In this document: piece by piece, positions 18,177 to 26,880 of the stretch | Layout: the number at the start of each line of letters is the position of its first letter | Position numbering within the stretch: position 1 is the stretch's first letter | Source of the DNA: Synechococcus elongatus PCC 6301 | GTDB taxonomy: Bacteria > Cyanobacteriota > Cyanobacteriia > Synechococcales > Synechococcaceae | Assembly: GCF_000010065.1 (NCBI RefSeq) | Contig: NC_006576.1 | Span: 960,001 to 992,000, forward strand | Direction: 5' to 3' | Length of the DNA: 32,000 nucleotides | Translations under genes and position numbers: made by a program | Notes under the pieces: generated by a model | What the model saw: only the letters and a program-made list of their open reading frames with translations | Databases searched by the model: none | Told to the model about the DNA's origin: nothing

Positions 18177-19028
18177 TCACATATAAAATGAAGAGTTTCC
18201 TGCCATCGCAGCTTTAATTGTTTCCTCAATTGCAGAAGGTTTCCAAACAATACCTAGTTGAGCTTTAAACGAATCGTCCCCAACTCGTCCAGAATAGATT
18301 CCCAAAAATTTTCTTCCCTCGCCTATCATTGCCTCATCCTGATTCGTAGCACCTTCGGGTAGCCAATAACCAACCTGTCGTGCGTAAACAGGTGCACCTG
18401 ACATTCCTTCACGCATTGCTGTATCAATAAATAGTTTTGGTAATCCGTCAATATCAAAATCTGGCTCTGAGGCAATACTTCCTCGCTTCCACACCGGAAA
18501 GTTAGCCCCTCCACTTAATCCTCTAGGAAAGCCTAAAACGAAAACATCTAGGCCCGGACAAAGTCTTATATTATCTAATTTAAAATTTGGATCATTAGCG
18601 TGTTTGATTTCAGATCCCTTAACTCCATTAATATTAATAGGAATGGCAACCAAATCTACCTGATACCTATATCTTGGATGTTCATACCAAACTGGCTGTT
18701 TGGGTGAATCTCCCTCATCTTCATATAGTGGAATGACATAGGTAGTCCACTCAATAAATTTGAGCCCAGAACTATCATGGGTGCTAGATGGAATCTTGAT
18801 AAATAGGTGATTTGGAAGAGCAGCCTGATTGGATTTACACTTTAAGGTACTTGGCTCTCTTCCTGTCACATTGTGCCAGTTTGTCACCAAATACGACTTG
18901 TCCTCATGCAAATAAAAGAAAGCAGTTCCACAGGCAATTTCTTCATTTTTAAAACACATAGATATTTGAATAGGAACATAGGATCTCGTGTCACGTAACT
19001 CCGAGACTCTTTGTCTAGGAAAATTCAT
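18177..19028 (-). CDS. Stand-alone cytoplasmic trypsin-fold (S1/Trypsin_2-like) serine protease
   Basis: 283 aa. Catalytic triad in canonical order and spacing: His52 in CGTAFFYL...YLVTNWHNV, Asp125 in QVDLVAIPI, Ser210 in REGMSGAPVY. No signal peptide and no TM. AAGGG lies 8 nt upstream of the ATG. Codon usage is AT-rich, unlike the neighbouring genes. Confidence 0.85.
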   Translation of the reverse strand: MNFPRQRVSELRDTRSYVPIQISMCFKNEEIACGTAFFYLHEDKSYLVTNWHNVTGREPSTLKCKSNQAALPNHLFIKIPSSTHDSSGLKFIEWTTYVIPLYEDEGDSPKQPVWYEHPRYRYQVDLVAIPININGVKGSEIKHANDPNFKLDNIRLCPGLDVFVLGFPRGLSGGANFPVWKRGSIASEPDFDIDGLPKLFIDTAMREGMSGAPVYARQVGYWLPEGATNQDEAMIGEGRKFLGIYSGRVGDDSFKAQLGIVWKPSAIEETIKAAMAGNSSFYM

Positions 19029-19132
19029 AAAAAACCCTTACTAAAAAAGCAATGTACTAGTCGATCTAACTGTGTCTCGTAACACACAGTCCTAGCCCTA
19101 TTGGGCGTCTCACTCCTACTTTTAAGTAAGAC

Positions 19133-19675
19133 TCAAGGTTGAACGCTGACGATCGCGCCTTCCTCTACTAATTCAAACAGAGCACGGATATCGCGATTTT
19201 TCATCCGCACGCAGCCATGGGAAACCGCTTGGCCAATCAGGGATTCAGCCGTCGTTCCATGGAAACCAATCGAGTTTTTGCCATCAGTCCAAAAGCCGAT
19301 CCAGCGATCGCCTAGAGGATTGTTGGGACCGGGAGGAACAAGACTGCCATTCCAAGGATGCTGCCAAGTCGGATTGACGATTTTGCTCATGACCCGAAAA
19401 GTACCACGGGGCGTTTCCCAACCCGGCTTACCGATGCCCACAGGGTAACTCGCGATCGCCAAGCGATCGCGATAGACCGTCACTCGGCGCTGCCGCAAAC
19501 TCAAAACTAACTTTGTGGTTGGGGCAGGTGCTGGAGGAGGCGCGATCGTTGCTTCTACTGGAATAGCTGGAACCGCCATTGTGGCTGGTGGGGGAATCGG
19601 AATTGCCGCAAGTGGGCTGGCGATCGCACAGCAGGCGACGAGCAAGCTGGAGTTCCAGAGAAGGCGCAACGCCAT
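19133..19675 (-). CDS. L,D-transpeptidase (YkuD/ErfK domain), secreted
   Basis: Motifs: YPVGIGKPGWETPRGTF, NPLGDRWIGF, IGFHGT and the active site SHGCVRM. The track ORF reaches 19759, but the ATG at 19675 gives a proper signal peptide (MALRLLWNSSLLVACCAIASPLAA). Confidence 0.85.
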   Translation of the reverse strand: MALRLLWNSSLLVACCAIASPLAAIPIPPPATMAVPAIPVEATIAPPPAPAPTTKLVLSLRQRRVTVYRDRLAIASYPVGIGKPGWETPRGTFRVMSKIVNPTWQHPWNGSLVPPGPNNPLGDRWIGFWTDGKNSIGFHGTTAESLIGQAVSHGCVRMKNRDIRALFELVEEGAIVSVQP

Positions 19676-19879
19676 AGCAGCAAGATTGAATTCGGAGGCT
19701 ATCTCCCCCACTGTACTCAGCAAATTCTGCCAGCGTCGAGTCCCGACAAGACTGCCCATTGTCTGAAAACAATAACTGCTTTACGGTTCAGCCCAGTGAA
19801 TGGTTATTCGGAGTTGAAGGCTCAGCGATCGCTCAGCGGGCTTGTACTATCTCAACCCACTTGACCTAACGGCAGCAGC

Positions 19880-20107
19880 TCACAACAAAATGACGATCGC
19901 AATCAGGATCAAAGCCAGCGCGCCCGAAAAGTAGAGCGCCTTCATAAACTGCCGCGAGACCAGGCCGATCAGCAGACTCAGGAGAATTCCCAGGAGAATC
20001 AAGCCGATGTAAATCGAAGTTTCTCCCCGCTGCGACACCAAAGGATTGCCCCCAGCCGCTTGGGCCAAGAGCAATCCCTCCGACAGCAAGCGTATTGATG
20101 CTGTCAT
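19880..20107 (-). CDS. Small two-TM membrane protein (75 aa), unknown function
   Basis: The ORF begins 6 nt after the hemL stop, on the same strand. It has two clear hydrophobic helices (IYIGLILLGILLSLLIGLV and ALYFSGALALILIAIVILL). Confidence 0.5.
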   Translation of the reverse strand: MTASIRLLSEGLLLAQAAGGNPLVSQRGETSIYIGLILLGILLSLLIGLVSRQFMKALYFSGALALILIAIVILL

Positions 20108-20113
20108 TGCGGC

Positions 20114-21415
20114 TTACAGCGCACTCATCACCGTACGAGCAGCTGCCAGCGTGGCATCAATGTCCTCTTCAGTGTGAGCCAACGAGGTAAAGCCCGCCTC
20201 AAACTGCGAGGGGGCAAGGTAGATGCCTTGCTCCAGCATGCCGCGATGGAAGCGACTGAACTTTTGCAAGTCCGACTTTTTGGCGTCTTCGTAGTTGTGC
20301 ACAGGGCCTTCCGTGAAGAAGAAGCCGAACATACCACTCACCTGACCACCGCAAGCCGCATGACCGGTTTCTTGGGCGATCGCCAACAAACCATCACTCA
20401 GGCGCTTGGTGATCTGGTCAAGATATTCGTAGGTGGCAGGCTGGCGCAGCAGCTCCAGGGTTTTAATCCCAGCCGTCATCGCCAAGGGGTTCCCCGACAG
20501 AGTACCCGCTTGGTACATCGGGCCAGCCGGCGCGACCAGCTGCATGATCTCGCGTTTACCGCCGTAGGCACCCACCGGTAGGCCGCCACCGATGATTTTG
20601 CCCAAGGTGGTCAGGTCAGGCGTAACGCCAAACTTTTCTTGCACGCCACCGTAAGCAATCCGGAAGCCAGTCATCACTTCATCAAAGACCAGCAGGGCAT
20701 CATGCTCCAGCGTGATTTCCCGCAATCCTTCCAAGAAGCCAGCATCTGGGACGATGAAGCCCGAGTTACCGACGATCGGCTCAAGAATGACCCCAGCAAT
20801 CTCACCGGGATTTTCCGCGAACAGTGCCTTGACTGCCTCGAGATCGTTGTAGGGCGCGGTCAGGGTATTGGCCGTGGTGCTCTTGGGTACGCCGGGCGAG
20901 TCTGGCAGGCCGAGGGTCGCCACCCCAGACCCCGCCTTGACCAAGAACATGTCAGCGTGGCCGTGGTAGCAGCCTTCGAACTTGATGATTTTGTCGCGGC
21001 CCGTATAAGCCCGCATCAAGCGCAGCACCGCCATACAGGCTTCGGTGCCGGAATTGACGAAGCGCACCATCTCGATGCTAGGCACTGCATCGATCACCAT
21101 TTCGGCGAGGACGTTTTCCAATGCACAGGGTGCCCCAAAGCTTGTGCCCTTTTCCATGGCAACTTTGAGGGCTTCGATGACTTCTGGATGCGCATGCCCG
21201 CAGATGGCGGGGCCCCAGGTGCCGACGTAGTCGATGTAGCGATTGCCGTCCACATCCCAGGCGTAGGCATCTTTCACGCGATCGAAGACGATGGGTTGAC
21301 CGCCAACGGATTTAAAAGCGCGCACCGGCGAACTGACGCCACCCGGCATCAGTTTTTGAGCCGCTGCAAAAATTTCGTCTGATTTGATGGTTTTAAAGGG
21401 AGAGGACGTGACCAA
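20114..21415 (-). CDS. hemL: Glutamate-1-semialdehyde 2,1-aminomutase
   Basis: Class III aminotransferase with [34 protein letters not shown]..., here read as (M)VTSSPFKT. The probable start is TTG at 21415-21413, preceded by GGAG 6 nt upstream. The track's 27-codon N-terminal extension ([10 protein letters not shown]...) looks non-native. Confidence 0.93.
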
Positions 21416-21532
21416 AGCAATCTCCTCGCAAACAAGCCGCGCGTCGCCAGCGAGCGATGCTGACAGCCTCCTCATTATCCTGCATTGGTTCAATCGCAGC
21501 TCAATCCGTTAGGGACTGTTGCAACACAACCG

Positions 21533-23797
21533 CTAGGAACTCGGGCGATCGCCCTCTGACAGGTTGGGTGGGCAGAGCCCCTGCAAGGTCGTCAACAGCA
21601 GCTGCGGATCTAGGGGCTTGGACAAAATTGCTGAGGCTTGGGCTGTGAGTAAGGGATCGACGGGTGGTTCTCCCAAGAACAAAACTAACGGGGGATGGGG
21701 ATCGGCTTGGTGTTCTCGGAGGTGCTGCAGCAGAAGTAAGCAGCTCTGATCGGGCGGTGGCCAAGCCATCAGAATCACAATGGGCTGCAGTAAATCGAGT
21801 TGATCAAGAGCTGTGCTGCCATCGACGAGCCAGATCACCTTAAAGCCCGCCGCCGTCAACATTTCACAGACGACCGTAGCTGCTTCATCCTCTTCTTCCA
21901 GTAAGAGAATGTGGCCAGCGGGCAAATTATCGATGGACGGTCTAGGCTCGACGGGTTCGATCAGCGTTTGTTCGGGGATCCAGACTGTAAAGGTACTACC
22001 CTGACCGACGGTTGATTCAATTTGAATGTGACCGCCATGTAGTTCAACCAGCTGCTTGGTTAGAGCCAGCCCTAGGCCCGTGCCACCGTACTGGCGGCGA
22101 ATGGAAGTATCGAGCTGTTGGAACTTTTGGAACAGCTGAGCTTGTTCACTTTCAGGAATTCCAATTCCCGTATCACTGACTTGAAAGATGGCGCGATCGC
22201 CTTCTCGCCAAACCCGCAGGAAAACAGTTCCTTGGGGTTCAGTAAATTTGACAGCGTTACTGAGAAGATTAATGAGAATTTGGCGCAATCGCTTTGGATC
22301 GGCTCGGAAGACGTCCACACGGTTGTTGAGCTGGAGATCCAGCATGAGCTGAATCTCGCCTAAACGGGCTTTTTCCTGCAGGGTATTGAGGGTTTGGGTT
22401 GCCAGTCTTGAAAGGGAGAATGGACGCACTTGTAAGGCTGCTTTACCTGCCTCAATTTGAGACAGATCAAGAATGTCATTGATCAGTTCCAGCAGGTGTT
22501 CACCGCTGTCATGAATCGCCTTTATATATTCCCTTTGCCGCTCGGTCAAAGGGCCAAAGGCCCAGCGCAGCAACGTACTTGACATCCCAATCACACAGGT
22601 CAGAGGCGTCCTGAGTTCATGACTCATGGTGGCCAAAAACTCACCCTTGGCCGCATTGGCCGCTTGGGCCAAGGCAAGAGCATCAATTAGCTCTTGGGTA
22701 CGTTCCAGCACGCGGTTTTCTAACGTCTGTGTCTGATCTTGGAGCTGACCGTAGAGCTGTGCTTGGTAAATGGCGATCGAGAGGTGTTCTGCTAGGTGCT
22801 GGAGAATATCACGCTCCCGAGGTTGCCACCGATGATCTTGCTGGCATTGATGGGCAACGAGTAAGCCCCAAATTCGCCCCTGCACTAGGATCGGAATTTT
22901 ACAAACCGATCGCACTTGAACACGTTCATAGAAGGAATACTGCTCCGGCAGTCTTTCCTTATAGAAGCCAACTGAATCAATGAGAAGCGTTTCCCCTTGC
23001 TGGAACCGTTGCCATTCCTCTGTCGTGATTAATAGCCCTGGTTGGACTAGAGGATCGATCACCGACAAAAGTGCTTCGTTGCGACGATCTTCGTAGGTAA
23101 TGTAGGACTGACTTGGAATATAAAGTGGCCAACGTTGATCGAGTCCAGCGTCAAGACATTGCGGCTTAAATTGATAGATAATCGCACGATCGGCATTAAG
23201 CAACTGACGAATTTCACGGATCGTAGTTGTCAGAATTTCTGAGAGATCTAAACTGAGACGAATTTGTGCAGAGACTTGACTGATCAGGCGATCTTGTTCT
23301 TCTTGCCAATGAAGAGCTTGTTCTAGCGGTTGACAGACGGAAACAGCAGGATATTGAGCTGCTAATGGTGCTCGATCAGCAGCGATCGCGGCAATCAAAA
23401 GATTACTGAATTGACTGATCAAGTCTGGGTTGAGACTGAGGTCGCCGAGTTGAGCCAAGGCAGGCTGGTATTCAACTGGTAAATTCGTCGCTTGGCAATA
23501 GCGCTGAATACTGTCAGCACCAAACTGCACACTGACATGGTGAGGTTCGCTTAAGGGGTGAGGCTGGCAATACTCTGCGGCAGTCCGCCCTAACAACAGC
23601 AGCTGAAACCCTGCTGCGATCGCGATCGCACAATCTCCCGTTTGGGTCCGCAGATGCGTATGCAGCGATCGACTATCCCAATAAAACGCTTGGGGCAGTG
23701 TTGCCACAAAATCTTGCAAAGCACTCTGTAACTGAGCAAAACCTTCAGGAGTCAGCCGCTGGCTGGCAAGGGAGCAATTTGAGGATGGTGCCAGCAT
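21533..23797 (-). CDS. cikA: Circadian input kinase CikA: GAF, histidine kinase and pseudo-receiver domains
   Basis: GAF region (LNADRAIIYQF...), H-box MSHELRTPLT, N/G boxes LLSNAVKFT, DTGIGI, GGTGLGL. The C-terminal receiver-like domain has Ala at the phospho-acceptor position (IVILMAWPP). The track start at 23803 is a TTG. The ATG at 23797 gives 754 aa, which matches my recollection of CikA's length. Confidence 0.85.
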   Translation of the reverse strand: MLAPSSNCSLASQRLTPEGFAQLQSALQDFVATLPQAFYWDSRSLHTHLRTQTGDCAIAIAAGFQLLLLGRTAAEYCQPHPLSEPHHVSVQFGADSIQRYCQATNLPVEYQPALAQLGDLSLNPDLISQFSNLLIAAIAADRAPLAAQYPAVSVCQPLEQALHWQEEQDRLISQVSAQIRLSLDLSEILTTTIREIRQLLNADRAIIYQFKPQCLDAGLDQRWPLYIPSQSYITYEDRRNEALLSVIDPLVQPGLLITTEEWQRFQQGETLLIDSVGFYKERLPEQYSFYERVQVRSVCKIPILVQGRIWGLLVAHQCQQDHRWQPRERDILQHLAEHLSIAIYQAQLYGQLQDQTQTLENRVLERTQELIDALALAQAANAAKGEFLATMSHELRTPLTCVIGMSSTLLRWAFGPLTERQREYIKAIHDSGEHLLELINDILDLSQIEAGKAALQVRPFSLSRLATQTLNTLQEKARLGEIQLMLDLQLNNRVDVFRADPKRLRQILINLLSNAVKFTEPQGTVFLRVWREGDRAIFQVSDTGIGIPESEQAQLFQKFQQLDTSIRRQYGGTGLGLALTKQLVELHGGHIQIESTVGQGSTFTVWIPEQTLIEPVEPRPSIDNLPAGHILLLEEEDEAATVVCEMLTAAGFKVIWLVDGSTALDQLDLLQPIVILMAWPPPDQSCLLLLQHLREHQADPHPPLVLFLGEPPVDPLLTAQASAILSKPLDPQLLLTTLQGLCPPNLSEGDRPSS

Positions 23798-23906
23798 AGG
23801 CAAAACCTGCGATTTAGCAGGCTTTTAGTCATTTAATTGCATTGTTACAGAGATTTTTCGACGGGTTAGAAAGTCCCCATAGGCTTTTAACATCTGGCGT
23901 ATTTCG

Positions 23907-24110
23907 TTACCTCAGCTCTGGGTGATAGCCCGCCGTCGCGATCGCCACCTGTATTGCTGCAGCTGAGCAGCTAGTGATCACCGTCACTTGCTTGGAGGCG
24001 GGGTCAGCTTGAACCTGAGCTTGCGGATCGGTGGCCTGAATCGCTGTTTCAATTGCTGCGGCGCAAGCACCACAGGCCATATCAGACACGTGCAGTTGAA
24101 TTGCAGGCAT
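23907..24110 (-). CDS. atx1: Heavy-metal-associated (HMA) domain protein, Atx1-like copper metallochaperone
   Basis: 67 aa with an MxCxxC metal site (DMACGACAAAIE) and a ferredoxin-like HMA layout ending in ATAGYHPE. Confidence 0.65.
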   Translation of the reverse strand: MPAIQLHVSDMACGACAAAIETAIQATDPQAQVQADPASKQVTVITSCSAAAIQVAIATAGYHPELR

Positions 24111-24201
24111 GGAGTTCGCTGAGCTAACGCCGTTTTGTTCAGTCTAGGCCAGCAGCTGTCCTCGTTAGACTGAAGGCGATCGCTTGGATAGTGGAAAAGA
24201 G

Positions 24202-24747
24202 ATGCCGGTCAGTCGTCGCCAATTACTCCTCAGCTCACTTTTGGCTTTGCCAGCCCTCGTTTTGGCTCCGCGATCGGCCCAAGCCTTAGGTGGCCCTCAG
24301 CCGCCCGTGGATGAGCCCGCCCCGGACTTTTCCTTGCCCACCGACGATGGCCGCGAGCGTCTATCCCTCGCTGACTTCCGGGGACAGTGGCTGGTGCTCT
24401 ACTTCTATCCCAAGGATGGAACCCCCGGCTGCACCCTCGAAGCCCAGCGTTTTCAACAGGATCTGGCTGCCTATGCTGAACGCAATGCCCAAATCGTCGG
24501 GGTCAGTGCCGATGATCTCAGTAGCCACAGTCGCTTCCGAGAAAACGAGGGACTGTCCTACCCCCTGTTGGCTGACGTCAAAGGCGAGGTCAGCAAACGC
24601 TATGGCTCTTGGCTAGCTCCTTTCAGCCTGCGCCACACCTACATCATCGATCCAGAAGGGGTGCTGCGCGCTAACTTCACCGCAGTGCGGCCGGTGATTC
24701 ATAGCAAAGAAGTGCTGGCCAAATTGGATGAGTTGCAAGCGGGGTAG
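24202..24747 (+). CDS. Peroxiredoxin Q / Bcp-type thiol peroxidase with a twin-arginine signal peptide
   Basis: [28 protein letters not shown] (Tat-like SRRQLL, AQA cleavage site). The peroxidatic site is [15 protein letters not shown]. The track start at 24184 is a TTG; I prefer the ATG at 24202. Confidence 0.85.
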   Translation: MPVSRRQLLLSSLLALPALVLAPRSAQALGGPQPPVDEPAPDFSLPTDDGRERLSLADFRGQWLVLYFYPKDGTPGCTLEAQRFQQDLAAYAERNAQIVGVSADDLSSHSRFRENEGLSYPLLADVKGEVSKRYGSWLAPFSLRHTYIIDPEGVLRANFTAVRPVIHSKEVLAKLDELQAG

Positions 24748-24875
24748 GCCAATCGAGCGATCGCAGAAGAATAGGGTTTAGGCCTCGGGCTGCGATCGCT
24801 TCCCCCAGAAATTCTGGAGATCTACGCCTACTGGTTCAGAATCAAAAGCAGTGTGATTGCCCTGAGTATCGTGCT

Positions 24876-26783
24876 GTGATTCTGAATGCCCAGCTGCCCC
24901 AAGGCCCTCTGGCAGGGGCTTGGCAGCGCTACCGTGACACATTGCCGTTGATTAGTCCGCTGCGCAAGCGGCAGTTCGACATTCTGGTAGTGGGTACAGG
25001 TCTGGCCGGGGCTTCTGCCGCCGCAACCTTGGCGGAACAGGGCTATCGAGTCAAGGTTTTTACCTACCACGACAGCCCACGACGAGCCCATAGCGTGGCG
25101 GCTCAGGGCGGGATCAATGCCGCCAAAAACTACCAGAACGACGGGGACAGCGATTTTCGGTTGTTCGCCGACATGCTCAAAGGCGGAGACTTTCGATCGC
25201 GCGATGCCAATGTCTACCGCTTGGCAGAACTGAGCGGCGCCATCATTGATCAATGTGAGGCCCAAGGCGTCCCCTTTGCCCGCGAGTACGGCGGCACCTT
25301 AGCGAATCGCACCTTCGGCGGTGTTCTCGTCTCGCGGACTTTTTATGCACGGGGACAAACGGGTCAGCAGCTGCTCTACGGCGCTTACGGCGCTTTGATG
25401 CGTCAGGTGGCGACGGGGACGGTGGAATTACACACCCATGCCGATGTCCTTGACCTTGTAACCGTCGATGGCAATGCGCGGGGTCTGGTGATTCGCAATC
25501 TCCGCACAGGAGAACTGTCCATTGAAACTGGGGCAGCGGTCCTGCTCTGCACGGGTGGTTATAGCAACGTCTATTACCTCTCAACCAATGCGGTCAAGTC
25601 CAACGCTTCAGCGACTTGGCGGGCGCATAGACGGGGCGCATTTTTTGCCAACCCCTGCTTCACCCAAATTCACCCCACCTGCATTCCCAGTGGCGATGCC
25701 TATCAGTCAAAACTGACTCTGATGAGCGAGAGCCTACGCAATGATGGACGCGTTTGGGTTCCGGTACAAGCAGGCGATCGGCGATCGCCGGATCAAATCC
25801 CCGAGATCGATCGCGATTACTTTCTAGAAACCCGCTATCCTCGCTACGGCAACATGGTGCCGCGGGATATTGCCTCCCGTCAGGCAAAACGGATTTGCGA
25901 TCGCGGCTACGGCGTTGGTGGAACGGGTCGCGCCGTCTATCTGGATTTTGCAGAGGCGATCGCCCGCGATGGTCAGGCCGAAATTCAGCGCAAATACGGC
26001 AATCTCTTCGACATGTATGCCCGCATCAGTGGCGAGGATCCCTACGCCACGCCGATGCGCATTTACCCTGCACCCCACTACACCATGGGCGGACTGTGGG
26101 TGGATTACAACCTGATGAGCAACCTGCCGGGTCTATTCGTGCTGGGCGAGGCCAACTTCTCCGATCACGGGGCGAATCGGCTGGGTGCGAGTGCCTTGAT
26201 GCAGGGCCTCGCCGACGGTTATTTCATTGCGTCCGCCACCGTTACCGGCTGGCTTGCTGGTCAGTCCCAGACTGCCATAACACCCGATCATCCGGCCTGT
26301 CAGGAAGCCCTTGCTGAAGCTCAAGCCCGCATTGATCAATTGCTCGCGATTCAGGGCGATCGCAGTGTCGATAGTTTGCATCGTGAACTGGGCGAGATTT
26401 TGCTAGATGCTTGCGGCATCAGCCGCGATCGCGATCGCCTGCTCAAAGCGCGGCAACAGGTTCAACATCTACAGCAGACTTTTCGCGATCGGGTGCGAGT
26501 TCCGGGTTCAGCAGCCGGGTTGAATCCTGAGCTAGAGAAAGCGCTCCGGTTGGCTGACTTTTTAGAGCTGGGTGAACTGATGATTGTGGATGCTCTGCAC
26601 CGTGAAGAATCCTGCGGGGCCCACTTCCGCGAGGAACATCAAACTGAAGACGGTGAAGCCCTGCGACGAGACGATCAATTCAGCTATGTCGCAGCTTGGG
26701 AATACAGCAACACAGAACCACAACTGCATCGCGATCGTTTGGAGTTCAAGACGTTAGTTCCCAGCCAGCGAAACTATCAATAG
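24876..26783 (+). CDS. sdhA: Succinate dehydrogenase/fumarate reductase flavoprotein subunit
   Basis: 635 aa with a GTG start. FAD-binding [15 protein letters not shown], covalent-FAD His region [25 protein letters not shown]-like segment, and [10 protein letters not shown] near the C-terminus. No sdhB, sdhC or sdhD lies adjacent. Confidence 0.9.
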   Translation: MILNAQLPQGPLAGAWQRYRDTLPLISPLRKRQFDILVVGTGLAGASAAATLAEQGYRVKVFTYHDSPRRAHSVAAQGGINAAKNYQNDGDSDFRLFADMLKGGDFRSRDANVYRLAELSGAIIDQCEAQGVPFAREYGGTLANRTFGGVLVSRTFYARGQTGQQLLYGAYGALMRQVATGTVELHTHADVLDLVTVDGNARGLVIRNLRTGELSIETGAAVLLCTGGYSNVYYLSTNAVKSNASATWRAHRRGAFFANPCFTQIHPTCIPSGDAYQSKLTLMSESLRNDGRVWVPVQAGDRRSPDQIPEIDRDYFLETRYPRYGNMVPRDIASRQAKRICDRGYGVGGTGRAVYLDFAEAIARDGQAEIQRKYGNLFDMYARISGEDPYATPMRIYPAPHYTMGGLWVDYNLMSNLPGLFVLGEANFSDHGANRLGASALMQGLADGYFIASATVTGWLAGQSQTAITPDHPACQEALAEAQARIDQLLAIQGDRSVDSLHRELGEILLDACGISRDRDRLLKARQQVQHLQQTFRDRVRVPGSAAGLNPELEKALRLADFLELGELMIVDALHREESCGAHFREEHQTEDGEALRRDDQFSYVAAWEYSNTEPQLHRDRLEFKTLVPSQRNYQ

Positions 26784-26880
26784 CGCCTCCATTTAAGCAA
26801 TAAGGGGCTTTAGTCCCCCGCCTAGATCGCTCTCCCACAAGAACAGCAACCGTTCGAGTCAAAACACCTCAAAATCTGGT

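Larger units (their letters stand above)
18105..19132. other. Low-GC, HIP1-free compositional island (probable horizontally acquired insert)
   Basis: Hand count on six 60-nt lines within 18181-18960 gives 133/360 G+C (about 37%). The adjacent rpoD1 line 18001-18060 gives 34/60 (57%). No GCGATCGC occurs in the whole segment. Confidence 0.75.

Noticed and set aside
18105-19075. Short direct repeat (GATCTA at about 18106 and about 19063) as possible target-site duplication or att sites of the low-GC island
   Set aside because: A 6-bp match is expected by chance. I saw no longer direct or inverted terminal repeats, integrase, transposase or tRNA, so I claim no specific insertion mechanism.
20639-21382. 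247-aa + strand ORF inside hemL. The same applies to 29221..30081 inside eno, 25754..26317 and 25243..25584 inside sdhA, and 22118..22363 inside cikA.
   Set aside because: Each is an antisense or off-frame shadow of a confidently identified enzyme gene.
21416-21532. hemL promoter call (TTGAGC, 19 nt, GATAAT)
   Set aside because: The 19-nt spacer is non-optimal and there is no supporting evidence. I left it out of the feature list.
24828-25265. 145-aa minus-strand ORF overlapping the sdhA start
   Set aside because: It is antisense to the FAD-binding N-terminus of SdhA and has no motifs.
24876-26783. Orphan sdhA without sdhB/C/D as an anomaly
   Set aside because: Scattered sdh genes are, to my knowledge, the normal situation in cyanobacteria, so this is not unusual.
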